Source: Octopus bimaculoides
Lineage: Eukaryota
Length of the DNA: 39,250 nt
NCBI RefSeq assembly: GCF_001194135.2
Contig: NC_069002.1
Span: forward strand, 16,748,523-16,787,772
Direction of reading: 5' to 3'
Numbering within the stretch: position 1 is the first letter of the stretch; each line of letters opens with the position of its first letter. The notes below the pieces were generated by a model that was not told where the DNA came from, ran no database searches, and worked only from the letters and a program-made list of their open reading frames with translations. A program made the translations under genes and the position numbers. Below, one piece after another: positions 11,040 through 23,798 of this stretch.

Positions 11040-11180
11040 TAGATGAGTGAAAGGCATCAATAGATTAAACAGGCTAAAAAATACAGGAGAAGATCAATTG
11101 TAATCTATGCAAAAATTAGATGGTTGATCACATAATATCCAACCACCCCGGTTTAGGAAATCCTTCCAAATTCAGAGACA
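11040..11180 (+). mobile_element. Possible R4/Dong zinc-knuckle remnant
   Basis: Reads KINCNLCKN*MVDHIISNHPGL, resembling CxxC...T(V/I)DHIISGCP.L. The match is short and degenerate. Confidence 0.35.
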
Positions 11181-11224
11181 GTCACATTGGTAACTAAGTC
11201 TACTAAACCTAAAATTTTGGGAAA

Positions 11225-11392
11225 GAGAGCTAGTCAATTATATCGACCACAGGGCTCAACTGGTACTTATTTCATAGACTCCGAAAGGATGAAAGGCAAA
11301 GTCACCCTCAGTGGAATTTGAATTCAGAAGAAAAAGACGGAAGAAATGTCGCAAAGCATTTTGTCCGGCTTGCTCACTAACAATTCTGGTAC
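11225..11392 (-). mobile_element. SINE family A copy
   Basis: The plus strand shows ACTGGTACTTATTTCATAGACTCCGAAAGGATGAAAGGCAAAGTCACCCTCAGTGGAATTTGAATTCAGAA, the reverse complement of the family A core. Confidence 0.85.
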
Positions 11393-12509
11393 CTAAGGTG
11401 GCAATGACAGCAACGTTGTTATTTTTTAACATATGTACATTTAACGCGCGCGCGCGCACTCACACACTTGATAAATAGCTTATACATCTATGAGATATGT
11501 GCAATATAATTACATATACAAACACATGCATATACACAAATACACACACGCTTGTACATTCACGCATTTTATATATAATAAATATATATTTTACACATAG
11601 CAAATGCTTCGAATATATTTTAGACATAGCAAATACTTTCAGGTGTTAATTTGAAACATCTGGAGTAATAAATGGTTATTCGTGGAGTTTATAGAGGTGA
11701 ACTGAGAAGAGTAAGATTTAAACAAAGGATTTTGTGAAACCAGAAAGGAGACGACTCCTTATAAAGAGAACTGTAGAAATATATGAAATCTTTGCCCTCA
11801 AATATACATTGATATATATATACATACTTTACATACAATTATAGAAAAATGTATACATACATATGCGCCCGCATAATACAAATATAGAAAGAATATATGC
11901 ATACAATCACGTGTGCATATGAAATACACACCCTTCAAAATTAATCGAACATCCATGAACTAAAGTCATGCATAGCCGTTACATGAAAGTAGTTATATTA
12001 ACACATGCATCTACATATATGCAAAGCCATACACTCATGTCTAGAAGTTAGTAGTATAAAATGGACATACAGAAATAGTCGAAGTTTCATAGAAAACTAG
12101 AGGGGTCTAAGGTTTATTAATCTTAAGATCATTAATGGTATTTTCCTGTATTAAGTTGTATCAGTCTCACCCGGCCCAGAATGATTGTAGCGGTCCAAAG
12201 TATTTCACCTTCTCCCAGGTTAAGTCAGAAAAGGTTTTCATTCTCTCTTTTCCTGTCTTCTCCTCTCACTCAATGTGCCATGGACCTCCATACCAGTTTC
12301 TGATGGCTCATGATTATCCTTGGAAAATATGCAACAACAGTTTTCGTTGTCTCCTGCTATTTTGCTAGTCTTCTGCTCTCTACCTCACTCTCTTTCTCTC
12401 GGCTTCATCCTTATAACACCAACTGAAGTAATTCTAACAGCTACTAGAAAATAATTTTCATCGCATTTCTTCAGAATCTCTTTATGGAAGATATGGCGGA
12501 TGTCTACAT

Positions 12510-12764
12510 CAGTGGTTCGCAACAGTTTTTTTATTTATGGATCCCTTTGATTCCTCTTTTACTGGGGTGAAACCTTATAGTCAGTCAATGTTTAAAAATC
12601 CTATTATATTTTTATAATTAAATATTATGAGGAACTGTGGAAAACAGTTAAAATATTTTCTATATTGTAGAAAGAAGTATGACCAATTTATTGCTCATAA
12701 ATTTTAACATCAAGATCTTATATGAACCCCAAAGTCCCATTTGGATCCCTGTTGAGAACCACAG
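12510..12764. mobile_element. hAT (Charlie-like) MITE, 255 bp
   Basis: Terminal inverted repeats CAGTGGTTCGCAACAG (12510-12525) and CTGTTGAGAACCACAG (12749-12764) match at 14/16. The 8-bp flanks GTCTACAT and ATCGACAT match at 6/8, consistent with a decayed 8-bp hAT TSD. Confidence 0.8.
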
Positions 12765-13334
12765 ATCGACATGGTTGCTCAAAGTCTTGAAACAACAGTC
12801 AAATCCACCGCACTTTATTATCTTGGAAAGGAAATGGACAGATTGGCTGTAAATGATGTAGTCTTAAACAGTCTAAAACAGGTCCGCACGTTCACAACTG
12901 GAACGCTTGGATCATAGACTTTTAGGTGATCATTGTTAAACCTGTGTTTAAACAGCAACAGCAACAGCAACAGAAAAACTAATAATTATAAAACATGTGA
13001 AGGCATCACTGAGAAATTAGGCCACATTATGGTATCCAGATTCTTACATCAATTTTTTTTCTCCAACATTTGAAGACGACATATTTATTCTAACTTCTAA
13101 TTCCCGCTGGTATCCTGTCCAATTCTGACCTCTTTTACACTCTCTTCTTCTTTAGCTAACTTCAATGTAACTAAAGTAAATCATTCTCTGACTCAGCACT
13201 CTTGACCCACGCGGAAATAATTCACTGAACTGACCACAGCTACATCCTATATACACTTACTTCAACAATTACAGTTTTATTTTATTTTTTTGCCATCTTA
13301 CATCGTTACAACATCAACTTTCTCACAGAAAAAT

Positions 13335-13454
13335 ATAGTAATTAGCAAGCATGTGTGCGAGAGCAAGTACACACACACACACACACTCATACACACATGC
13401 ACGCACATGCATATATATATATATGTACATACATATATATATACATATCATATA

Positions 13455-13544
<90 letters not shown>

Positions 13545-13560
13545 CATACATATATAGACA
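13335..13560. repeat. Compound (CA)n/(TA)n microsatellite
   Basis: Directly visible. Similar (TA)n, (CA)n, (TATG)n and (GA)n tracts occur throughout the window and flank most gaps. Confidence 0.97.
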
Positions 13561-13601
13561 TATTTTTATGCATAGACATATAGGGGGCATATATGTATAT
13601 A

Positions 13602-13821
13602 CAGGTTGGCCAAAAGTCAACCGACAGTAAATCAAAGTTCCATAAATACTATCTGTAATTCTGTATTGACTCGAATTGAAAAGGACCTCAGTTTGAACAA
13701 TTTTCCTGTTGTTTCATATTTAGTTGCTTTTATTAAATTCATTCAGTCGTTAAACATAAATAAATCTTGGAATTAAATGGTTTTGATTTACTGTCGGCTG
13801 ATTTACTGTTGGCCAACTCTG
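13602..13821. mobile_element. Tc1/mariner-type MITE, 220 bp
   Basis: Left end TA|CAGGTTGGCCAAAAGTCAACCGACAGTAAATCAAA; right end TTTGATTTACTGTCGGCTGATTTACTGTTGGCCAACTCTG|TA. These are imperfect ~35-40 bp TIRs with a TA duplication. Confidence 0.85.
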
Positions 13822-13900
13822 TATATAAACGCACAACAAATTCATATATACAAATTATATATATATAATAAATATTACATATATATTATATATATAATAT

Positions 13901-14243
13901 AAAGGAAGAAGAAGAAAATGGAGATTGGGAAATTAATACGAGTTTATTATCTACAACAAATCGAACATTATCCCTTACAGCTGTAAATTCCTCGCCTGAA
14001 CACATGAAGATACAAATTATAAACAGTATCATTCACTCTGCTATAATGAATCCACAGACAAACATATAATGCATTTAAGGGTATATCTTTTTGTTCACTC
14101 TGAAGATATGCTCAGAAATATGAACTTAATATTTAATTATTTCACTGTATATAATTGAAACAGCTGCAAGGGATTAATGTTCGATTTGTTGTTGATAATA
14201 AACTCTTATTAACTTCACAATCTCCATTTTCTTCTTTCTTTAT
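13901..14243. repeat. Fold-back element: ~75-85 bp inverted arms around a ~170 bp spacer
   Basis: 13911-13984 versus the reverse complement of 14160-14234 gives 5 substitutions and 1 indel in ~74 nt (counted by eye). It is flanked by TA-rich sequence. Confidence 0.92.
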
Positions 14244-14263
14244 ATGAATATAAACTGCAGGTC

Positions 14264-14309
14264 ATTATCTTAAGGAAATTATCTTAAGGAAATCTATTAT
14301 CTTAAGGAA
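14264..14309. repeat. Three copies of the 14-mer ATTATCTTAAGGAA
   Basis: Copies at 14264, 14278 and 14296. Confidence 0.92.
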
Positions 14310-15328
14310 ATCAGTTCTCCCAAAATTATTAGGTATTGGACCAGTATTTACTTGGATGTCACCATCCCTTCATGAGGCTAACATAACCTCTAATCGAATT
14401 TTATATATATAATATATATTACATATGACATATTATATGCAAACCATATATATGTAAATTACATGCATATTGTGTGTGTGTGTGTGTGTGCGTGTTAAAT
14501 ATAGGATATAAATGTAAGCTCCTAAATGTTCATGTTTCGGTATAAGAAGAATCGAACAAGCTTGTATAGCGTGCCGTGCACTAAGTATTGTCCCATTTAA
14601 TATCAACATGGCTGCAACAACCATGTTGGTCTTGATTCCCCAACGATTCGTTTTCAAACTCTGCTGAATAAGGCACTAGATTTATAGATTGCTGAATACT
14701 GTATTGAAGGTGGTATGAAGTGTCAGTAATAATAGGTGTGTTTAGGAGCTGGAAGAATAAAAAACAAAACAAAACCAAGTCCAAAATTTGGTCGGAAGTG
14801 TCAAAAGAACGGCAGTGAGTGGTTGATATGAAATATAGGGCGTGTGCACGAGAAATAGTGTGGACTTATGCATGAGGGAATGTTGGGTTATTTGAAATAG
14901 GTTATGTTATTGTAGGGTCACAGCAAATGTAAAAGAAAACAATATTTGAAATTTTGAATGGAGGTTGCAACGGTTGAAGGTTAAGGCGTGAAAATTTTAA
15001 GAATTTTAAGGAAAGATTCTAAATTCTTATACTTAACATAGAGTTTTAGTTCCCTAAGAGATAACGGACTCGTTAAAAATATCTAACGGCGTTTAAGTAA
15101 TAATGTTTAGTTAAAAAGCTACATGATTTAAAAGTTATTTTGTCTGCTAAAGAAAGTAACTGGCAGTTTGCTTTAAGTATTATATTAGGAGTTATATTAA
15201 GACTAATAAGTTCAATTGAATTAACAGAAGTGTAACTAATCAGTGATACTTAACCTACTTCATTTAACTATTAATTTCATAGTAATACTACTTTATTATA
15301 CAACTCAATTAATTGGTAAATAATAATT

Positions 15329-15533
15329 GGCTTCAAATTTTGGCACATGACCAGCAATTTCAAGAAAAGGGGTTAAATCAATTACATCGACTCCATAGCT
15401 CAACGGGTACTTATTTCATCGACCCCCCCCCCCCCCCGAAAGGATGAAAGGCAAAATCGACCTCGGTGAGGCGGATAAAATCGCGCTAAGTATTTTGTCT
15501 GGCGCGTAACGATTCTGTCATCTCGCCGCCCTG
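15329..15533 (-). mobile_element. SINE family A copy with exact 16-bp target-site duplication
   Basis: Family A head and core on the minus strand; TTGGTAAATAATAATT at 15313-15328 and 15534-15549. Confidence 0.9.
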
Positions 15534-16204
15534 TTGGTAAATAATAATTCACAATCCTTTGGTTAAGAATCGTTCTTCATTGTCCCCCGCTCTACACTTC
15601 AAACGCTTCCAAATTTAACAATCGCTGACTACAGAGTTCCATTCAACGGTTCAGCTTGTTTCATATTCACTGTAACTTTACAAAAAGTTGAATAAATGGC
15701 GTCACATGACAACTTCGGTATTTTTTAACAACTTTTCTTCTTGGTACCGTGTGTGTGTGAGTGTGTAAGGGTTAGGGTTAGTAAGTATGTGTGCGTGTGT
15801 GTGTATACATTAATTTGTACTCCCAACTTAACTTGGCTGTGTTGGTAATCGTTCAAATAAATCTCTTGTATAGAAGTTAAATGCTAAAAGAGCACCGATT
15901 AATATCGGTAAATTATATCGGTTTGAAAGATTTTCGGTCTGGCATTGGATGTTTGTTGCCGAGGATGAGCAATTTACGCTGAAATCCCATCATGCAGCAG
16001 TACCATCAAATTTTGTCTATCGATATAATCTGCACTTTTTTAGCATTTACGTCTCTCCAAGATGATTTCTCAGGACGATTACCGCAGTCTATGGCGTTTA
16101 TTTTCAACACTCCAAATTAAGTTGGATGTGCAAATACTCGTTACAAAGGTTGCTCCAGTCGCTAATAGCTAATATGTTATTATTTTATACACATACAACA
16201 GATT

Positions 16205-16497
16205 AGACTGTTGGAAAAGTTACAACAAGTAACTTTAGATGCAAAGAACCTTTCGAAGAATCTTGGCTGTCCCCAATAATACTGTTTTTTTTTTGTTTGT
16301 TTTTTTTGGAGCGGCACTAAACTAGTTTTTAAACCTATTTCATCTATCCATCTGTTCAAATCTTTAGGAATAGTTCCTAATGCACCTATAACTTTACATT
16401 TTATCCACACTTTCCATAGCCTCTGTAACTCAATGGTTTCACTATTTCCACTATACTTCTCATACTAGGTCTCTTATCATTTGGAACTGTAAAGTCA
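16205..16497 (-). mobile_element. R4/Dong RLE 3' fragment, same family as 1296-1806
   Basis: VIGALGTIPKDLNRWIDEIGLKTSLVPLQK; shares CCATTGAGTTACAGAGG, ATAGGTGCATTAGGAA and AGTTACTTGTTGT with 1600-1806. Its 5' junction abuts (TAA)n. Confidence 0.85.
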
Positions 16498-16518
16498 AAT
16501 TATTATTATTATTATTAT

Positions 16519-16850
<332 letters not shown>

Positions 16851-17469
16851 ATTATTTATTTATTTATTTATTTACTTATTTATTTCGTCACGCGAAGTAG
16901 ATGAAAATTGCACAGGGATATTTAGTCACTTGTCAAGTCACAACATGGACCACAGGCAGATAATACTTTCTTAAAACAGATGCTCAGCATTATACAACGC
17001 ACTTGTATATTTATACATTGCATACATAAAGAGGAAATTTTGTGTGTATGTTTACATTCTCTGTGTGTATGTTTAGAGTGGAATTGTTAGTGTAACTATG
17101 ATGCTCTGCTGATGTGATGAGCTATCTGCCTTTATTTGCACTAATTTGTGAAGATGCAGATGTACTGCGTAACGCTGGGCATACTTATTAATGCTGAGGT
17201 GTACGAATAATGTTTTGCATACTGAAATAAATTCTACATGAAGATTGCAAAACGGCCGTAACCCTATGGAAGTCACACGGTTAAATAATTTGTATTGACG
17301 TCTCATACCTCCTAGCTATATATATGTATATGTATATATATGTACACACACGTACACACACATACANNNNNNNNNNTATAATTAGTGTATATTTAAACAC
17401 AAATGTTTAAATGCACACTAATTTTATATGAAAAATATGTTGTCAATTGACTATTTTATACATGCTAGC

Positions 17470-17830
17470 CACTTTCTTCTTTCTTATTTCTCAAAATTGC
17501 TATTTAGGCAATGTGGTGCATATCTCATGGCCCCAATAATTACAGGTATAAAGTTGAACTTGTAATCTAGATAGAGTAACTGCAGCTTTCTCAATAGTTC
17601 AACGTACGTATTCTCTTTTTCACTGATCTTTAGCTTTAAACTAACATCCGCTGGGAAGCTAATTTCCACGGCAGTTTTCTTCTTATCCCAAATCATTATA
17701 TCAGGTCTGTTGTGTTAACATTTTATTAAGGTTTTCACTGGGACATTCCACCAGTACTCTGTTTTATCATGAGTGACCATGGCTTCTACCATACTATGGG
17801 GGTCTTATTTCTTTGTCCTCGGGGTTATCC
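17470..17830 (-). mobile_element. RLE-type non-LTR retrotransposon 3' fragment, distinct subfamily
   Basis: EYWWNVPVKTLIKC*HNRPDIMIWDKKKTAVEISFPADVSLKLKISEKENTYVELLRKLQLLYLDYKFNFIPVIIGAM shows the PD..(D/E) pattern (RPD...VEIS.P.D...EK..Y) and the IP.IIGA motif. Confidence 0.82.
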
Positions 17831-18118
17831 TGTCGATGGATTTCATTATAGAGTGTTGTATGTATGTATGTACGTATGTATGTATGTATGTATGTATCCA
17901 CCGGTGTGTATATAACTATTGCATAGACATTGTATTGATGTGAACCGAACCACACCCATCCATTGAACTAATGGCACGTCTGTATGTTTAGTGAAGCAAA
18001 ACAACATTCTTCAGTAATTGAGACAGCTACCACCATGTTCTAGAGTTTTGTATCGCTATTTCACGTGATGCGAGTTAATCCAAAGTAAATTTGATATACA
18101 CATATTGTGTGTATATAC

Positions 18119-18179
<61 letters not shown>

Positions 18180-18224
18180 TGTGTGTGTATGCGTGCGCGC
18201 GCGAGAGAGTGCGATTGCCTTTCA

Positions 18225-18276
18225 CAATCGCTTGAAAACTGTTTACGACCCTGTAACAGCGGTTCGGCAAAAGATG
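18225..18276 (+). mobile_element. SINE family B fragment running into a gap
   Basis: AGCGGTTCGGCAAAAGATG matches 33911-33929. Confidence 0.6.
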
Positions 18277-19062
18277 ANNNNNNNNNNNNNNNNNNNNNNN
18301 NNNNNNNNNNNNNNNNNNNNNNNNNNNNNNNNNNNNNNNNNNNNNNNNNNNNNNNNNNNNNNNNNNNNNNNNNNNNNNNNNNNNNNNNNNNNNNNNNNNN
18401 NNNNNNNNNNNNNNNNNNNNNNNNNNNNNNNNNNNNNNNNNNNNNNNNNNNNNNNNNNNNNNNNNNNNNNNNNNNNNNNNNNNNNNNNNNNNNNNNNNNN
18501 NNNNNNNNNNNNNNNNNNNNNNNNNNNNNNNNNNNNNNNNNNNNNNNNNNNNNNNNNNNNNNNNNNNNNNNNNNNNNNNNNNNNNNNNNNNNNNNNNNNN
18601 NNNNNNNNNNNNNNNNNNNNNNNNNNNNNNNNNNNNNNNNNNNNNNNNNNNNNNNNNNNNNNNNNNNNNNNNNNNNNNNNNNNNNNNNNNNNNNNNNNNN
18701 NNNNNNNNNNNNNNNNNNNNNNNNNNNNNNNNNNNNNNNNNNNNNNNNNNNNNNNNNNNNNNNNNNNNNNNNNNNNNNNNNNNNNNNNNNNNNNNNNNNN
18801 NNNNNNNNNNNNNNNNNNNNNNNNNNNNNNNNNNNNNNNNNNNNNNNNNNNNNNNNNNNNNNNNNNNNNNNNNNNNNNNNNNNNNNNNNNNNNNNNNNNN
18901 NNNNNNNNNNNNNNNNNNNNNNNNNNNNNNNNNNNNNNNNNNNNNNNNNNNNNNNNNNNNNNNNNNNNNNNNNNNNNNNNNNNNNNNNNNNNNNNNNNNN
19001 NNNNNNNNNNNNNNNNNNNNNNNNNNNNNNNNNNNNNNNNNNNNNNNNNNNNNNNNNNNNNN

Positions 19063-19126
<64 letters not shown>

Positions 19127-21283
19127 AAATATGTATATATATATATATATACATATATATACATATCTATATACACACACATAATACATACACATATTTA
19201 TATATATATAAAGTATATCAATATATAAATATATATTTATACATGTGTATTTACATATATCAGTATATTTAAATGCATTGTCTTCCTTGCACTCTCTCCC
19301 CCTCTCTCTCCTTCTCTGTATATAAATAAGATAGATAGATAGATAGATAGATTCATGTTTTTATGCATCTATGTATGTCTGTATGTATGTAAGTAAGTAA
19401 GTAAGTAAGTATGTATGTATGTATGTATGTATGTATGTATGTATGTATAAGTGTCCATAATTTAGTTTCATATTTGAAAGCTTCAGAAGAAAAAGAACGA
19501 AAATTAATGGCATCTCGGCAGAGTTTACTGGCAAACGAACTTTTTTATCCGGAACATCCGAACAGTTCCACTTGAGGATTGATTGCATGTAACACATCGA
19601 GACAATAAATTACTATGAATTGAGGAAGTAGTTAAGATAATTCATGAACACACTATATATATATATATATATACGTGCCTTATACATATACATACACACA
19701 CAAACACACAGACAGACAGACACACACACACACACACATATTTATATGCCTTATATAGTTACATCCTCAGTGACCAATAGAAAGAACCCTGCGTCCTTCA
19801 TCGTCGTCTGCAATCGTCGTTAGAAGCCTCATCACATCTTTTGTGGTTCTTGTATTGAGTACTGCTTTGTAGAATATTCACCGGAAGCACCACCTCAAAC
19901 TAGTCCCCATAAACACATTCTTGGACAGTCAACCATCTAACCATAATTCTTTAAACATTCCCATTTCTTTCTAGTGTGATCGCTCTGTGAACAGCAACAG
20001 GGCGCTGCGCTCTGCATGGTGACCCCTACAAAAGACAAATCGTGTCTTACCCTGTCTAGTCAATAAATATCAACACACTTCTGCACTAACAATACAGCAA
20101 TCATATTGCGTTTATTGCAAATAATCACGCATTATTTTGTTTGATACCGGGCAACAATAAGCCACCGCCTCTCACTTTAACTCCATCTCTCCCTCTCTCT
20201 CTTTTACTATTTTCCATTATATGTTTATAAATATCCTGTATGTGCATATCTCATATACAAGCGATTGTGTGTGTGTGTGTTTGTGCGCGCACGCGTGTGT
20301 GTTCGCTTCATGATAGCTGTTCCACTTGTTCTGTTAAATAACAATTCCAATTACAAATATTCCTCGTGGGACAAATATTATTTGATGAATAAAACGACTT
20401 GATTCCTATTTAATTGGGCAAGATGTTTTCATTAGAAATAAACCAGAGCCAGGCATTTTTCAATTAGTAAAGTCTACAGGTTGATACCATCCTCACACAA
20501 CATTTAATTAAGAAATTTCAACATATGTTTACCGCTGAAGTAAGAGGTTACAATGGAGATTGACGATAAAGATGGATTTCCTGTTTCAAGGAATAAACTT
20601 TTAATAAATGTCTCGGCAAGATGCAGTTTGCAGAAGGCTTCCCCAAACATTGCATTGATGACCGTAATTATTACTGATAGAACCCTCCTATTTCATTGTT
20701 ATTTTACTTTAATGAAGAAAGGCAAAGATATTCACGGCTGTATTTGAGTTAAAAAAATAAATGGGAATAACTAAATACCATAAGCAGTTTGGTCGATGCG
20801 CCAACGATTTTGCTACTCCAACGCCAATGTAACCCATTCATATCTTAAATACGCAAAATTGGGCGCATGTATGCGCGTGAACCCTTTCTATATGGCTGTT
20901 ATTGCATAAGCAAATAAGTATATCTCAGCATTCCTTGCCGATTCTTTTGCTTATATACACAATTCCATGCGTGTATATATATATGTATGTGTGCATGTAT
21001 TATGTAGTNNNNNNNNNNNNNNNNNNNNNNNNNNNNNNNNNNNNNNNNNNNNNNNNNNNNNNNNNNNNNNNNNNNNNNNNNNNNNNNNNNNNNNNNNNNN
21101 NNNNNNNNNNNNNNNNNNNNNNNNNNNNNNNNNNNNNNNNNNNNNNNNNNNNNNNNNNNNNNNNNNNNNNNNNNNNNNNNNNNNNNNNNNNNNNNNNNNN
21201 NNNNNNNNNNNNNNNNNNNNNNNNNNNNNNNNNNNNNNNNNNNNNNNNNNNNNNNNNNNNNNNNNNNNNNNNNNNNNNNNNNN

Positions 21284-21344
<61 letters not shown>

Positions 21345-21532
21345 ATTCAATAAACACTTAAGCGCGAGAGCTGCTCTAATTTTCAACTTTAGTTGCTCCC
21401 ATGTAAACTCTGTGTTTATTAAATGATATTTATCTCTTGTACGATGGAATACTTTGCGTTCATTCGACCAATAACGGAACAGTACACTATTCCACTCTCT
21501 CTCTCCCTCTACCTCTCCTCTTTCTCTCATAC

Positions 21533-21568
<36 letters not shown>

Positions 21569-21576
21569 GAATGAAT

Positions 21577-21611
<35 letters not shown>

Positions 21612-21978
21612 TTGCGGAGTCATCAAATTTTTGTGAAATATTTTTAATTGTGAGGTTAATTGTAAAAGTTCTCAGTGATCAGTGTCAACATTCAATCTGC
21701 CGACCCAAGATTTTTCTCCTAACAAACCCAGTTAGCCCCCAATAAAACGGAGATCCTGGATTCGGGTAACCAAGTGTCAGGGTGCTGTTTTTTTATTTGT
21801 TTTACTTATTTTTAGTTTTATTATTATCATTTATTTATTGTCGATGTTTTAGTTTGTTCCGCCATAAGAGATTAACGAATTAGTGTCAGATATAACTACT
21901 CTATTATAATATTATTCAAATATTTACTAATCCAGTAGATTACCTACACACAGGATATGCCATTACACAGACACACCC

Positions 21979-22020
<42 letters not shown>

Positions 22021-22089
22021 GTGTGTGTGTACATTATACATACAGATAGGTACATGCACAGAATGTATTTGTAAGGTCAAAATATATTC

Positions 22090-22420
22090 CATTTAAATTA
22101 GAACTAACAGCAATCTTAGAAGGGAGGATAGAGGACGTGTAGAAAAAGAAATAGAGAAAAGCATCAGGAACTGGTGAAGATCCTTTACAGGAACAGGTAG
22201 CGGATAGGTGCATGCTAGTGGAGATGAGTCAATCGAGGGTTTGCAGGTCGTTTCCTGAGCAAGGCCTATGGAGTTCCGAACATTACGAAGTTAACAGGGA
22301 AAGAGTCATCAAGAACAATGAAGAGGTTGCAGAGAAAATAATACCGAAAAGAGTCTGATTAAAAAGAATTGACCGGAGAGGAGGGTTTACTAGAATGCTC
22401 TTTGGAAAGAGGTCGAGGTT
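22090..22420 (-). mobile_element. Possible highly decayed Penelope RT-thumb fragment
   Basis: The minus strand has weak, ordered similarity to 7735-8010 (PVNF, KP..DS/HLH, F..STR..YP). Needs HMM confirmation. Confidence 0.3.
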
Positions 22421-22751
22421 TGGTCAAATTCAGTCAGATTGCCCAAACGAGGATTTATTTTACGAAACTCGAAACACTCCTTAATTCCAGGATGCAATAT
22501 TGTTGTTGTTTCCAAGAATTGCATTTGCAGATGTCTGAAGAATCGTTGTGAAACTAGAATCACTTGATTCGTTTATGTATTTCCAACTTACGTCGTTTTG
22601 GTGCAACCGAGTGTCATTATGCAAGGCATTTGTGCTTCGGCACATATATGCCTATATTTGAATAAGTACTATCACTGGTAATTTGAGTGGAATTGCTTGC
22701 AAGATTCTATTTATGTTTGTGTATATGAGGTTTCTTTATAGCAGAAGAAGA

Positions 22752-22985
22752 ATGCTTTTCAACCACAAGATCACGGAGTCGAGCCCATTGCTCGGCTCTT
22801 TGAACAAGTGACTTGTAACTTCGCTTCGCCTGTCTTTCCGTTCTGAGTTCAAATTCCACCGAGGTCCACTTTGCCTTTCATCCTTTTGGGGTCGATAAAT
22901 TAAGTACCAGTTGCGTACTGGGGTCGATCTAATCGACTGGCCCCTTCCCCAAAAATTTCGGGCCTTGTGCCTAGAGCAGAAAAGG
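22752..22985 (+). mobile_element. Chimeric SINE: family B-type head (22752-22815) joined to family A body and tail (22825-22985)
   Basis: TGCTTTTCAACCACAAGATCACGGAGTCGAGCCCATTGC..TTGAACAAGTGACTT aligns to the head at 35931-35850. The rest matches 30290-30433, including the GGCCTT(G/A)TGCCTAGAG tail. Confidence 0.7.
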
Positions 22986-23538
22986 ACAAGTGGTGGATTC
23001 ATTGTCGAAACTGACGGAGTTGTATTTAATTTATGTTACTGTGCATGTATATGTGTGAAGGGAGGCGTGTATGTTTATGTGGCGGGTTGCATGTGTGTGT
23101 TTGTGAGTGTATACGTGGTTGCCTGTGTGTGCGCGCACATTTGTCTGTACGTGTAGGTGTATGTATGTGCATGTGTTTGTATGTATGCATATGTGTGTGT
23201 AAGTGTGTGTGAGTGTGTAATGTTGTTTCATAATTCAAATGAAAATTCATTAAAACAGAAATGCGTAATTAAAATAGCCATGGTAGTTCACAGTACGGCG
23301 GTTGTAAAGAAATAAATATACAGAGAGAGGGGGCAGAAAGAAGCGAGGGAGAGAGAGAAAGAAAGAGAATGAGAAAAAGGTAGGAAGAAAGTAAGGAAAA
23401 CGAGAGAGAGAGAGAGAGAAGATATAAATAAAAAGAGAGAAAGAAAGAATGAAATTTTATCCTTAAAAACCAAACTCAAGGCGGAGAAAAAACTTATTTC
23501 ACGCCCACTATTACATGTAAAGCGCTATTCAGAGTAGA

Positions 23539-23572
<34 letters not shown>

Positions 23573-23599
23573 TGTGTGTAAATACATTTCATTGATCTT

Positions 23600-23640
23600 A
23601 TGTTAGCGGACTGCAGCCATGCTGGGGCACGGCTACCAAC
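23600..23640 (-). mobile_element. SINE family B tail fragment
   Basis: GACTGCAGCCATGCTGGGGCAC is the reverse complement of the G(T/C)GCCCCAGCATGGC.GCAGTC tail seen at 31565-31590. Confidence 0.5.
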
Positions 23641-23756
23641 AGTTTTGGCTCATTTATATCGATCAGTATTTATTTTAATCTGGTAATTTCTTTTTTCGAG
23701 CTATTTTTCTTGAACTGCAGATTTATGGAAAAGAAGGGCCAAATTAACGATGACAC

Positions 23757-23798
<42 letters not shown>

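Noticed and set aside
15766-15781. TAAGGGTTAGGGTTAG as an interstitial telomere
   Set aside because: Fewer than three units, too short to distinguish from chance.
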